A DNA stretch of 64,000 nt, taken from contig CAVSBO010000003.1 of assembly GCA_963726195.1 (NCBI GenBank), positions 451,011-515,010 of the forward strand, read 5' to 3'. The position numbers were made by a program, and so were the translations under genes. The DNA is from Candidatus Thorarchaeota archaeon. Its GTDB lineage: Archaea; Asgardarchaeota; Thorarchaeia; Thorarchaeales; Thorarchaeaceae. The notes beneath the pieces were generated by a model, which had not been told where the DNA came from, made no database searches, and was given only the letters and a program-made list of their open reading frames with translations. Numbering within the stretch: position 1 is the stretch's first letter; each line of letters opens with the position of its first letter. Below are positions 9,019-18,533 of the stretch, piece by piece.

Positions 9019-10563
9019 ATTTAGTGGTTCATTATCCTGCAGGAGCAAATGGTTGAACCAAATCTACAAAACGATATTACAGAAACATACACTAACTCAC
9101 AAGAAAGCATCTACGGATATTATGGCTATCCTTCTTCGGAAGTTGCCAAGTCCTAGCAAACTGAATGAGAGTTGGATCCTTTCTTTCTTCAACAAATACA
9201 CCACTTTGTTGAGCAAAAAACGATAACAGACATGAATGAAGAAACAAGATAGGATACATCAGATATCCTTTCTATGCCTTTCTCTGAATTCAATCAGAGA
9301 TACACTCACAATACTGGCCAAACCAACTGTCATCAATAGAATACCTATTGATATCTTTGGCACTACAATTGTTGTTGAATTAGATGATGTCGTAGTCGTA
9401 GCTGTGTTTGCCGTTACAACTGGAACAACCGGATAGAGATCCTTGTATAACATTTCATGCGCAGCATCCAAACCTAGCCCCATTCTAATTGCTCCAATGA
9501 GGAAGGTTCCTGCAAAGCAGTCTTTACACAGGATTGAACTTCCTATGATGCCACTGTGAAACACCTTGCCTCTACAATAGCTGTGCTGATATGCAGCTAT
9601 GGGCTCGATTGGTTCGTCAGATGGATTAATGAAATGCCAGTAGCCGATGATTGTAGTATCTGTCATATTCATCAGCTTGTTCTCTTCCCAGCCAATGTAA
9701 CTGTTGTTTATGTACGAACCATAATTGGCACAGATGAATTCACTCAATGGATGCGTAGTATTCGCAATGAAGCCATTATAGTGTTGTTCTATCCAAAACT
9801 TCCAGTATTCAGAACCTACCCAGTTGACATTTTCTTCTGGCCATCTATGATAGACAGACCGCCAAGCACAAGTTCCATTGAATGCCCAACCTTTTCCTTT
9901 TACAAGGCTAAGGTATCCAGTACCATTCGAAGGATAGTAGGCAACTTCTGCTAAGAAGTTACAGGCATCATCAAATACAATAGTACCACCCGTAGCTACA
10001 AACTGCTTGTACTCCATATACTCTTTTAGAGTCACATACTCTGTAAAGCCACAGACCACAACATCATAGTTTCTAGTTCCATTGCTGCTAAGTAGCAGCC
10101 CTCCATCTACATCTCTATCGTCAATGACAGTCCAATTCCCGATTAGTTGAGACAAAACACCCCCACATGTATCTAAAAACCTACCAAGCCCACCGCTAAT
10201 ACCCCAACCAGGTACAATGGTAGTGTTCAACGTATCTAGATTCGTTGTAACATATGTCTGATTATCTTCCTCATGAAGCCGGAAAAAGGTATAGAATGAT
10301 GAATGGTTTATTGGCCAGAAAACAGTATTAGTGAATGTCGGCATTACAAACACAACTCTTGGATTGGATTTACTGAATTCACTACCAATAGCAGTCATGG
10401 GCATAACTGCAATTAGCAGCAGTATTAGTAAGAGGCACTTCTTCGTTTCTTTCCTCCTAAGCATACTATACTCCTCATGTAAAACAGGAGAATATAAGAC
10501 ATAAAAAGAACAAGGCAAAGTATAGTTACTGCACAAGATAATGTTTCGTTAAGTCGCAGACGC
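9019..10563. other. Low-GC single-gene cassette inserted between the two 36-bp repeat copies
   Basis: Hand counts of sample 60-nt lines give about 35-40% GC inside (9241, 10021) against about 53% in the flank (8041). The segment is bounded exactly by the perfect direct repeat. Confidence 0.6.
9259..10464 (-). CDS. Hypothetical secreted glycoprotein with C-terminal Thr/Ser-rich linker and TM anchor
   Basis: The likely start is MLRRKETKKCLLLILLLIAVMPMTAIG (signal-peptide like) at 10464; the track ORF extends to 10536. The protein has many N-x-S/T sequons and ends in TANTATTTTSSNSTT, a TM helix and RERHRKDI. Confidence 0.6.
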   Translation of the reverse strand: MLRRKETKKCLLLILLLIAVMPMTAIGSEFSKSNPRVVFVMPTFTNTVFWPINHSSFYTFFRLHEEDNQTYVTTNLDTLNTTIVPGWGISGGLGRFLDTCGGVLSQLIGNWTVIDDRDVDGGLLLSSNGTRNYDVVVCGFTEYVTLKEYMEYKQFVATGGTIVFDDACNFLAEVAYYPSNGTGYLSLVKGKGWAFNGTCAWRSVYHRWPEENVNWVGSEYWKFWIEQHYNGFIANTTHPLSEFICANYGSYINNSYIGWEENKLMNMTDTTIIGYWHFINPSDEPIEPIAAYQHSYCRGKVFHSGIIGSSILCKDCFAGTFLIGAIRMGLGLDAAHEMLYKDLYPVVPVVTANTATTTTSSNSTTIVVPKISIGILLMTVGLASIVSVSLIEFRERHRKDI

Positions 10564-10599
10564 CGCGAGATAACGCAGTTTTAAGTCTTGACATTGGCG
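10564..10599. repeat. Right copy of the perfect 36-bp direct repeat
   Basis: Identical to 8983-9018. It lies 100 nt upstream of the cassette gene start (minus strand) and 128 nt upstream of the ATPase gene start (plus strand). Confidence 0.95.
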
Positions 10600-10726
10600 G
10601 GGTCCGGCTGATATGACAAACTAACGTTCCAGAAACGACCAGACACGAAGAACTGGAGGAAATTGGAGTGCAACGCGGGTTGCGCTATTGATACGTTTTA
10701 ATATACTCACGAGGAGGTGAAAGGCG

Positions 10727-11824
10727 TTGATATCAGTGCCGAAAGGTGACACACTTCTCAAAGTGGAGAATCTCAAGGCATACTACGCATCGAAGAAGGG
10801 ACTCGTCCGTGCTGTGGACGACGTTAGCTTTGTTATCCGCGAGGGCGAGTGTGTTGGTCTGCTGGGGGAGAGTGGTTGCGGAAAGACCAGTCTTGCACTT
10901 TCCATAATGGGTTTCTTCGAAAGAGTTGCTCGCTTTGCGGCCGGAACTTCCGACTCGAGTTTACGTCGGCAGTTCGACAATGTTCCCAAGGGGCAGAGCG
11001 AAGATAGACCAGGGGTACAGGGCAAGGTCTTCTTCAGGGGCGTCGAACTGACAAGCCTTCCAGAAGAGGAATTCGTCAAACTAAGGGGCCGAGAGATATC
11101 CATGATTCCCCAAGGGCTTGGCCATGCTCTCAACCCGATGTTCAGCGTTGGAATGCAGACTGGCGAGCCCGTTCAGATTCATGAAGAGCAGGTCAGGCTA
11201 ATTGAACTGAAGAAGAAGGTCTTGGAGTACTTGGCATCGTCCGACTCGGGGATGCAGCGGACTAGGCTAGTGCAAGATCCGGCTTGCTTCAGCGGAGGAG
11301 AGGCTCAGAGAATCCTCATTGCCATGTCACTAATCGCTGGACCGTATCTGGTGATCGCTGATGAGCCAACATCAGCACTTGATGTTACAATCCAGCACCA
11401 GATACTGAACGTGCTCAGAATGATCAGAGACGAATTCGCTGTCTCTCTGTTTTTGATTAGCCATGATGCAGGTGTTGTTGCGGAGCTCGCCGATAAGGTT
11501 GCAGTGATGTACGCAGGCAAGATTATGGAGCTCGGAGATGCCATTCAGATGTTCCACCATCCATCTCACCCATATACAATGGGATTAATGGCGTCCTACC
11601 CGACAATTGCCATGATGCGGATGAAAGCCGGTGGCAAGCGGCCTATACTCAGAGGGATTAGGGGAGACCCACCGGATCTCACTGCTGTCCCTGCGGGCTG
11701 CCCCTTTCATCCTCGCTGCAATTACGTAGTCGACAAATGCAAATCACAGATACCTGAATACAGGGAGGCGGAGTCCGGCCACTGGATACGTTGTCATCGC
11801 TGGGGCGAGATTGAAAGAGAATAG
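10727..11824 (+). CDS. Oligopeptide/dipeptide-type ABC transporter ATP-binding protein, orphan copy
   Basis: Walker A GESGCGKT, Q-loop MIPQG, signature FSGGEAQR, Walker B LVIADEPTSALD, H-loop ISHD, and an Opp-type C-terminal Cys motif (GCPFHPRC). Confidence 0.8.
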   Translation: MISVPKGDTLLKVENLKAYYASKKGLVRAVDDVSFVIREGECVGLLGESGCGKTSLALSIMGFFERVARFAAGTSDSSLRRQFDNVPKGQSEDRPGVQGKVFFRGVELTSLPEEEFVKLRGREISMIPQGLGHALNPMFSVGMQTGEPVQIHEEQVRLIELKKKVLEYLASSDSGMQRTRLVQDPACFSGGEAQRILIAMSLIAGPYLVIADEPTSALDVTIQHQILNVLRMIRDEFAVSLFLISHDAGVVAELADKVAVMYAGKIMELGDAIQMFHHPSHPYTMGLMASYPTIAMMRMKAGGKRPILRGIRGDPPDLTAVPAGCPFHPRCNYVVDKCKSQIPEYREAESGHWIRCHRWGEIERE

Positions 11825-12003
11825 TGTGGGCGCCCGAAGGCGCCCGGAGAAAAATCCGTCCTGTGTGCGCATTGGAGCATCAAACATGCAACGTCTGTTG
11901 CTCCATGTCTCAGTCCTCCCGGTTGAGACGATTGACAATCGACTCGAGTGCATATATATATCCTCTAGGTAAGTAGTCCGCGACACATCAATGGCGCCAA
12001 CCA

Positions 12004-12459
12004 TCATTGCTGTCTAATGTCGAATCCTTCATCATACATCAATCTAAGGCTAAACTGGAACATCGTGGATTGCTGGACAAAGCCCGCTTCCAACAGGGGA
12101 CCTCTCACCTTTGAATCTGATTCTGTTTCACATAGGACTTCGCGAACTCCGCGCTTGTACAGCCCGTTGAGCACCGACCTGACAAGTCGTTCAGAAAAGG
12201 GCGTGGGTTCACCTTGCCTCACGAAGTCTTCATCTACGGAAAGCAATGCCTTGGTCTGATCTGACTGTGAGAGCCTAGCAATCGCGATTGGTTGAGATCG
12301 TTCGAGTTTAACAACGGCCACTGTTCTCCACCTATTCTCCATGTCGTCTCTCAAGCCTTCTAGATCTCGCGTAACCCGCCATGGTGGCGGCCGCAGGAGC
12401 TGTTCGTCACCAGTCTGCGGGCAACTTGGTAACGTCCACCATGCATGAGGAATCAACAT
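12004..12459 (-). CDS. GNAT-family acetyltransferase-like domain; possibly the C-terminal half of a two-domain protein
   Basis: GNAT-like core: ...VDEDFVRQGEPTPFSERLVRSVLNGLYKRGVREVLCETESDSKVRGPLLEAGF. It overlaps the upstream ORF by 53 nt in a different frame. Confidence 0.45.
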   Translation of the reverse strand: MLIPHAWWTLPSCPQTGDEQLLRPPPWRVTRDLEGLRDDMENRWRTVAVVKLERSQPIAIARLSQSDQTKALLSVDEDFVRQGEPTPFSERLVRSVLNGLYKRGVREVLCETESDSKVRGPLLEAGFVQQSTMFQFSLRLMYDEGFDIRQQ

Positions 12460-12958
12460 CGACCAAGTCTGATCGGCCCTCCAATCTCACCTCGAGCAAG
12501 CTCCTAATCTTACGTGGCTCAAATGTATAGGAGGCCAGAATGTCTGAGAAACGGGCTTCAGTATCGGATACCCAAGCAGTAACTGTCTGCACTCTGGCTT
12601 CTCTGCAGGCTGCAAGTAGGTAATCCACTAGAGTACTGCCAGCACTACGATGACCTGGCATCAGGCTTAGGTCGCATATGGCAGCCTCCGGTTTACCGCT
12701 GATTTCGACCCGTGCGACAGCCGCAGGTACCGGTCCCTCAAGCGCCAGAAACAAGCGGTCAATGCTGATTAGGCCCGCGCTGGCAATCCTCTTCACATCA
12801 CGCACGGTCAGCGGAGAGTAGCCGTAACGGTGCTCACGACCTGCATTCAATACGCGTATCCAGTCAGAGAGCCTATCGTCAGCCGCTACGATAATCGAGG
12901 TCCTTGTCACGACTAAGCCAGCGCTGCGTCCTTCGAACACTTTTTGAAGATATCTCAA
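12407..12958 (-). CDS. GNAT-family acetyltransferase-like protein
   Basis: The segment LSLMPGHRSAGSTLVDYLLAACREARVQTVTAWVSDTEARFSDILASYTFE resembles the GNAT acetyl-CoA-binding region. Confidence 0.5.
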   Translation of the reverse strand: MRYLQKVFEGRSAGLVVTRTSIIVAADDRLSDWIRVLNAGREHRYGYSPLTVRDVKRIASAGLISIDRLFLALEGPVPAAVARVEISGKPEAAICDLSLMPGHRSAGSTLVDYLLAACREARVQTVTAWVSDTEARFSDILASYTFEPRKIRSLLEVRLEGRSDLVDVDSSCMVDVTKLPADW

Positions 12959-13056
12959 TGTGAATCATATGACAATGCGCAGTCGTGGACAATCGGCTAG
13001 AGAGCAAAGGCTTTGTCCGACTGCTTGCAGGTTAGAGACTGCCTTGGCGGATACCA

Positions 13057-14364
13057 ATGGCACATGAAAGGGATGATACAACGTCGACCAAATATGCATT
13101 CGATAAGGAGGCCATCGAACGCTTTCAGAAGAAGGTGGGGGTCAACATCGAACTCAATACAGAGCAAACGGCCGCAATAGAAAACAGCTTCCAGACAACT
13201 CTGCAGATAGGACAGATTGCAGGAATTGTCCGGTCTCTCTGCCCGACCTCTCAGTCGCTGTTCAGGTTTGTAGAAAGTGGTACGGCCGAACTACAACCGA
13301 TATCCCTGTCCTTGTTTGTTCTCAACGAGGATACGTGGAGACTCATGCAAAAAAAGAGAGACCACCAGACGAACATGCTTCCTATGTTGACAATCCCATG
13401 GTTCTATTGGGAACCGGCGGCAAAATCAAGGACGAACCCTTTGGGTGTACGACGCGACACGCACGGTCAACTCGGCACGTCAGTGCTTGAGGACAAGAGC
13501 CGCATGGTGTTCAGCGGGACCGGGGGCAACTTCGCAGGACTGATTGAGGGGAGGATCGTCCAAAGGTTGACAGGAATGCGGCCGGTCTTTCTTCCGGGGG
13601 CCGTGGGTGAACGAGAGAAGGTGCCACACTACGAATGTCAGCGTCTGCAAATCACGGTCGATCCTTCCGAATCGGAATGCGCTCTCTATCCAGTACCTGA
13701 CAGGAGACTTGACTTCAGATTCTCTGAGAGTCCGAAGGTATTCCACGAACATGGATTGAGGATAGACTGTGCAAATGCCAGCGTTCATCTCCGGGTCGGA
13801 GCAAATCCTGAAACAGTACTACGAGGCGAGACCAAGATTCTCATAGGCAAAACCCCAGTTTCGGCCCAAGACTCTGAAAGCACCCTTGGTTTTCATGTTT
13901 GGCTCAATGCTGTCGAACGGGCGATGTCACTGAGCGGTGGAGGTCCGAAGCCCGTTCTCAAGTTCGTGAGAAGACGCTCACTCAGTTTGAAGGATTCGTC
14001 GACGGCAGACCTTTTGCTGTTCTCTCTGCCAATTCATACTCCAGATGTGGTCGCGAGCAACGCAAACAGGATAGCGAACAAGAGCACAAAGACAGAAGAT
14101 ACCAGTACTTGCCTGCCGACCACTGCATGCCTCCAAGCTGTGGTAGGTTTGCCCGAACTGTCATATCGTTGTTCATCGACAAGCGGCTGGCGAGCCATCA
14201 GGCAGCCCCCAACAATGAGCATGCCACCAAACTCAACAGTGAGAGCATTGGAAACTATCAAGAATACTGACACACCCGCAAAGGCGAAGAGAAGGATAAA
14301 ACCCAGAAGGAGATCAACCACGACGATGACGGAGGATACTGCAATGGCCTCAAAAACGAACTGA
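13057..14364 (+). CDS. Hypothetical protein; 3-prime third doubtful
   Basis: Long ORF with no motif I recognise. After about 13980 it becomes low-complexity and overlaps a hydrophobic ORF on the opposite strand. Confidence 0.35.
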   Translation: MAHERDDTTSTKYAFDKEAIERFQKKVGVNIELNTEQTAAIENSFQTTLQIGQIAGIVRSLCPTSQSLFRFVESGTAELQPISLSLFVLNEDTWRLMQKKRDHQTNMLPMLTIPWFYWEPAAKSRTNPLGVRRDTHGQLGTSVLEDKSRMVFSGTGGNFAGLIEGRIVQRLTGMRPVFLPGAVGEREKVPHYECQRLQITVDPSESECALYPVPDRRLDFRFSESPKVFHEHGLRIDCANASVHLRVGANPETVLRGETKILIGKTPVSAQDSESTLGFHVWLNAVERAMSLSGGGPKPVLKFVRRRSLSLKDSSTADLLLFSLPIHTPDVVASNANRIANKSTKTEDTSTCLPTTACLQAVVGLPELSYRCSSTSGWRAIRQPPTMSMPPNSTVRALETIKNTDTPAKAKRRIKPRRRSTTTMTEDTAMASKTN

Positions 14365-14396
14365 TAGCGTCCATGCATTGCATCACCACCCGACAT
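14034..14396 (-). CDS. Small integral membrane protein
   Basis: Three hydrophobic helices: AIAVSSVIVVVDLLLGFILLFAF, GVSVFLIVSNALTVEFGGMLIVGG and VLVSSVFVLLFAILFALLA. Confidence 0.4.
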   Translation of the reverse strand: MSGGDAMHGRYQFVFEAIAVSSVIVVVDLLLGFILLFAFAGVSVFLIVSNALTVEFGGMLIVGGCLMARQPLVDEQRYDSSGKPTTAWRHAVVGRQVLVSSVFVLLFAILFALLATTSGV

Positions 14397-14640
14397 TTCC
14401 TAATACATGCGAGAGAAAATGAGGCCAAGGACGATGAGCATTAGCCCAAGAATAACAAGCGGGCAGAAAGATTGTTTCCAGTGAGGCAACGAACAGCGCC
14501 ACATAATCCTTTTTCTCCAAATGCACCGGTAGACCCTGCTCTTCTTGCTGAAAGACAATGTCCTTGTAGTCTACCTCTGAGTCATCTGAGAATGTATTAT
14601 CCTCCGGACTCGGTTCTCTGTCTTCGTTCATGTTAGGCAC
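14383..14640 (-). CDS. Small acidic protein, probably frameshifted near its 3-prime end
   Basis: It starts directly after oppF. An alternative frame at about 14400-14460 encodes a TM helix, LVILGLMLIVLGLIFSRMY, followed by a stop. Confidence 0.3.
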   Translation of the reverse strand: MPNMNEDREPSPEDNTFSDDSEVDYKDIVFQQEEQGLPVHLEKKDYVALFVASLETIFLPACYSWANAHRPWPHFLSHVLGNVGW

Positions 14641-15724
14641 TCACATTTGTCCAGAGACCGTCGAAGGCATTTAAGCATGTTTTCCAGAGGCTAGCTCGCT
14701 TCGGCCTCTGCAGTCGAGCATATTCCATCTGAGCGCTCTTGCCAAAGTCCAGCTCTCCAGCAAAGTGACAGGCAACAAGATGACCATCGCCTACGTCTCT
14801 CAGAGGCGGCTCTTCCTTGCTGCAGATTTCTTGGGCGAAAATGCATCTTGGATTAAAACGGCAGCCAACTGGGGGGTTTATGGAGCTCGGAACCTCCCCG
14901 CTCAGTATAATGGCTTTGCCAGAGAATCTTGGATCAGGGACCGGAACCGCAGACACCAGTGCGAATGTATACGGATGAAGCGCCTTCCTGAAGATGTCAT
15001 GCGGAGTGAGCTCGACGATTTTTCCCAAGTACATCACGGCGAGACGGTCACTCATGTGCTTCACAACACTGAGGTTGTGGCTGATGAACATGTATGTGAG
15101 ACCGAATTCATCCTGAAGGTCCTTCATCAGGTTCAATGTCTGGGCTTGCACTGATACATCGGTACTCGATGTGGGTTCATCCATGACGACGAACTTAGGA
15201 TTCAAAGCCAGCGCGCGTGCTATGCATATCCTCTGTCTTTGACCGCCACTGAATTCATGAGGAAAACGATTGAGGTGGTCCTCCGTCAGACCAACCTTTT
15301 GAAGCAAATCGAGAACCATGGCCCTCATCTTTGGTCCTCTTGCAATGCCGTTTATCAGCAAGGGTTCTCCAACAGTGTTCTTTATCGTGACTCTAGGATC
15401 AAGAGAAGCCATTGGGTCTTGAAAGACAATCTGCATCTCACGTCTGATATTGCGAAGATCAACCCCTCTGAGATGTGTGATGTCCTGGCCCATGAAATTG
15501 ATCGTCCCGTCTGTCGGTTCGAGCAGTCTCAATATGGTCCTGCCAAGCGTCGTTTTCCCGCACCCCGACTCACCGACCACGCCTAATGTCTCTCCTCGAT
15601 ATATGTCAAAGCTCACGCCATCGACAGCATGGACCATACCTATGACCTTCCTAAAGACGCCGCCGGTTAGCGGGAAGTACTTCTTGAGGTCCCTAATGCC
15701 TACCAGCACTTCTGATTCTGACAT
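14633..15724 (-). CDS. oppF: Oligopeptide/dipeptide ABC transporter ATP-binding protein
   Basis: GESGCGKTTLGRT, FSGGQRQRICIARAL, VVMDEPTSSTD, ISHNL, and the C-terminal GCRFNPRC motif. Confidence 0.85.
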   Translation of the reverse strand: MSESEVLVGIRDLKKYFPLTGGVFRKVIGMVHAVDGVSFDIYRGETLGVVGESGCGKTTLGRTILRLLEPTDGTINFMGQDITHLRGVDLRNIRREMQIVFQDPMASLDPRVTIKNTVGEPLLINGIARGPKMRAMVLDLLQKVGLTEDHLNRFPHEFSGGQRQRICIARALALNPKFVVMDEPTSSTDVSVQAQTLNLMKDLQDEFGLTYMFISHNLSVVKHMSDRLAVMYLGKIVELTPHDIFRKALHPYTFALVSAVPVPDPRFSGKAIILSGEVPSSINPPVGCRFNPRCIFAQEICSKEEPPLRDVGDGHLVACHFAGELDFGKSAQMEYARLQRPKRASLWKTCLNAFDGLWTNVSA

Positions 15725-15808
15725 TGCGTGTTTCTCCTCCTATGTTCCCTTGCGGGTTGATGGCAGGCCACATAATGCCCCGGCCTGATTTCCTCAAGAT
15801 GAGGCCTT

Positions 15809-16900
15809 TCAGTGCTGCATATCTCCCGAGGCGAACTCGCATCTGGGGTGAAATCTGCAGCCTGTGGGTGGGTTGATTAAGTTCGGAACACTACCTCGTA
15901 TTTGGTCCAAACGCTCCTTATCTTCGTGAAGCTTTGGAATAGCACTCATAAGACCAATGGTGTAGGGATGAACAGGATTATCAAACAACTCCTTGGTACT
16001 CGTCGACTCTACGGTTGTCCCTGCATACATCACGGTGACCCAGTTGCAGGTCTCAGCAACAACGCCCAGGTCATGTGTGATTATCATGATTGAGGCCCCA
16101 ATGTCCTTCTTGAGCTCATTCAGCAGATGAAGAACCTGCGCTTGAACAGTTACGTCCAAAGCTGTTGTCGCTTCATCACAAATGAGAATGGATGGGTTGC
16201 AGGCCAACGCCATTGCAATCAGTGCTCGTTGCCTCATGCCACCGGAAAGCTCGTGTGGATACTGGTTGGCAACTTGCTCAGGGGAAGGCATCCTCACTAG
16301 TCTAAGCATATCAACGGACTTGGCCCACGCAGCTTTTCGCGCGTACTTCTTGTCGGGCTTAGGCGGGTCATCGAGCTTCGACACGTAGTGCTCGATTTGC
16401 TCTCTGATCTCAGCTTGATGTTCAGGTGAGCGCGAGTTCTTGAGCGACTCTTCCAGCTCTCGGATTCTCATCTCCAGAACATCCCTTCCTAAATCCTGAT
16501 GCAGCAACACGACTTCTGCTATCTGCGCACCGATTCTGAAGACAGGATTTGGATAAGTAGCGGGATCTTGGAAGACAATTGCGATTTTGTTCCCACGAAT
16601 GGCCAGCACCTCCTGTGGGGCTAGCTCGAGAATATCAATCTCTTTGACCTCACCGGATTTGAGATCCTTGTCATAGAAGAATATGTGACCATCGTCAATG
16701 CGACCAGGTGGCTCAATGAGTCTCAGAACACACTTTGCCGTTACCGATTTCCCGCAACCTGTCTCACCTACTATGCCCATGGTATCACCTCTTTTCAGGC
16801 TAAGCTCGATACCATCAAGTGCCTTGACGACACCTTCGTAGGTGTAGAAATTCGTGGTCAAGCCTTCTATGGAAAGGACAACGTCTTCAGAATTGGACAT
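15809..16900 (-). CDS. oppD: Oligopeptide/dipeptide ABC transporter ATP-binding protein
   Basis: GETGCGKSVTAK, LSGGMRQRALIAMAL, LICDEATTALD, ITHDL, and the C-terminal GCRFHPRC motif. Confidence 0.85.
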   Translation of the reverse strand: MSNSEDVVLSIEGLTTNFYTYEGVVKALDGIELSLKRGDTMGIVGETGCGKSVTAKCVLRLIEPPGRIDDGHIFFYDKDLKSGEVKEIDILELAPQEVLAIRGNKIAIVFQDPATYPNPVFRIGAQIAEVVLLHQDLGRDVLEMRIRELEESLKNSRSPEHQAEIREQIEHYVSKLDDPPKPDKKYARKAAWAKSVDMLRLVRMPSPEQVANQYPHELSGGMRQRALIAMALACNPSILICDEATTALDVTVQAQVLHLLNELKKDIGASIMIITHDLGVVAETCNWVTVMYAGTTVESTSTKELFDNPVHPYTIGLMSAIPKLHEDKERLDQIRGSVPNLINPPTGCRFHPRCEFASGDMQH

Positions 16901-16906
16901 GTAAGC

Positions 16907-17959
16907 TCACCCTCGTCTTCTTATCTTGGGGTCTAGTATGTCACGAATCCCGTCACCAACGAGATTGAATGCCAATGCTGCCATAAGTATGGCTAACCCC
17001 GGAATCATGGACATCCAAGGATAGTTAAGCAAATAGTACTGCCCGCTCGAAATCATCAGACCCCATTCAGCAGTGCCAGCAGCGGAACCAAATCCGATGA
17101 AGGAAAGACCCGCAGCAGTCAGGAGGACACCGCCAGTATCCATCGTTGCCTGCACAATCAATGGCTGAAACGTATTCGGTATGATGTGAGAAAGCAGGAT
17201 TCTATTGTCACTTGCTCCGATTGAACGAGCCGCTTCAACATAGAGCTTCTCCCGTTCCGAGAGAACCTGACCCCTGACAAGTCTTGCGTAGGTTGGCCAC
17301 CAGGTGATCATCAGTGCGTAAGATATGGTGTCAAGATTACGAATACCTATGGCCATGACGATGGCCATGGCTAGAATCAAGCCAGGGAAGGCGAAGAATA
17401 TATCGGTGATTCGCATCACTAGCTCATCCAGCTTCCCGCCAAAGTAACCCGATGACGCTCCGATAACAGCACCTGATACCAACGCCACAAGAACCACGCT
17501 TACAGATACTCTCAAGTCGACACCAGCAGCCCAGATAATACGACTGAAAATGTCGCCGCCCGATTCGTCTGCCCCCCAGATGTGAATCGGGTAGTACTGA
17601 TTGTAGATCAGATTGATGAGAACGTCCACTCCCCATCGCACATTCTTGTCACTAGCGACGAACCAGGCAACCCAGACATAGGTCGAAGGCGTGTTATTAA
17701 CGGTTATTTGCCGACGCAATAGCGTGGTCGCATTGTCAGAGCCCACAAGGTACGAATCGCGCTGGCTCGCATTAAGAGAATCGAAAGTCGCTAGGCTGAG
17801 TTTGTACACTGCAAAGTGGATCAAGACATTAGTTAGATTGTCGGTGCCTGTGTTACGGACGTACAGCACAAGCCCTATGTTTGGAGGTACAGGGGTAGTG
17901 ACCTCAGCGGGAGAAACCTGAACCTCTCCCCGGAGGTACGTCAGGATAAAGATTGACAT
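16907..17959 (-). CDS. oppC: Oligopeptide ABC permease OppC, C-terminal part: extracytoplasmic insert plus the conserved permease core
   Basis: IWGADESGGDIFSRIIWAAGVDLRVS (the HxxGTDxxGRD-like entry) followed by the ABC permease core. It is preceded by about 130 aa that are not normally present. Confidence 0.75.
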   Translation of the reverse strand: MSIFILTYLRGEVQVSPAEVTTPVPPNIGLVLYVRNTGTDNLTNVLIHFAVYKLSLATFDSLNASQRDSYLVGSDNATTLLRRQITVNNTPSTYVWVAWFVASDKNVRWGVDVLINLIYNQYYPIHIWGADESGGDIFSRIIWAAGVDLRVSVSVVLVALVSGAVIGASSGYFGGKLDELVMRITDIFFAFPGLILAMAIVMAIGIRNLDTISYALMITWWPTYARLVRGQVLSEREKLYVEAARSIGASDNRILLSHIIPNTFQPLIVQATMDTGGVLLTAAGLSFIGFGSAAGTAEWGLMISSGQYYLLNYPWMSMIPGLAILMAALAFNLVGDGIRDILDPKIRRRG

Positions 17960-18533
17960 CTATCGAGTAGTTAGCGACAACAGCTCGAGAATAATACCTT
18001 GCTTCTGTGGAAGGCGAGCCAGGAGGGAGAAACGCGTCGGGCCAGACACGCTCCTGTGATCCGTATGGAGTAATCCATGGAGCTAGCAATGCAACTGAGA
18101 CATACCCAGCCACAATCACAATTCCAGCGATGACAAGTGGGCTCTTACGAAGAAGATGGAGACTGAATTTGAATTCCTTCCCGCGAGGCCCCATGTCTTC
18201 TCGGAAATCCTTGTACCAGTAGCCTCTCACACTCGGTGCAAATAGCGCAAGCACCAGCATGAAAAAGGCAACAGCAGGTAGCAGCCCCAACGGTCCTATG
18301 GTAAGTAGAATGACGGCATTGATGATATTCAGGTAGAGCGACGATGAAAACGCCTGAACATCTCCCCCGAAAATCGCTTTGCCAACTTTGAAATCCATAT
18401 AGCCGAAAACAAGAAGCCCCAATGCTTGGAGTGGCCAACCAAGAAGCAATGAGGAAATTTCCAGTCCGTGTCCGTGAGTGAGAGAATTCGAAAGCCAACC
18501 AACTAAGGTTGTCTGCCACGTAAGCAGCACCAA
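17904..18533 (-). CDS. oppC: Oligopeptide ABC permease OppC, N-terminal part, split from the core by a frameshift
   Basis: OppC_N-like segment FSLHLLRKSPLVIAGIVIVAGYVSVALLAPWITPYG. It overlaps 16907-17959 by 56 nt in another frame. A further upstream piece starts at the ATG at 18636 (MAIIKAKRSQ...), 32 nt after the oppB stop, in a third frame. Confidence 0.65.
   Translation of the reverse strand: MVLLTWQTTLVGWLSNSLTHGHGLEISSLLLGWPLQALGLLVFGYMDFKVGKAIFGGDVQAFSSSLYLNIINAVILLTIGPLGLLPAVAFFMLVLALFAPSVRGYWYKDFREDMGPRGKEFKFSLHLLRKSPLVIAGIVIVAGYVSVALLAPWITPYGSQERVWPDAFLPPGSPSTEARYYSRAVVANYSIDVNLYPDVPPGRGSGFSR

Noticed and set aside
13980-14364. 3-prime third of ORF 13057-14364 as genuine coding sequence
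   Set aside because: It overlaps a convincingly hydrophobic three-helix ORF on the opposite strand and turns low-complexity. The long ORF probably ends earlier or is frameshifted, so only the 5-prime portion is credible.
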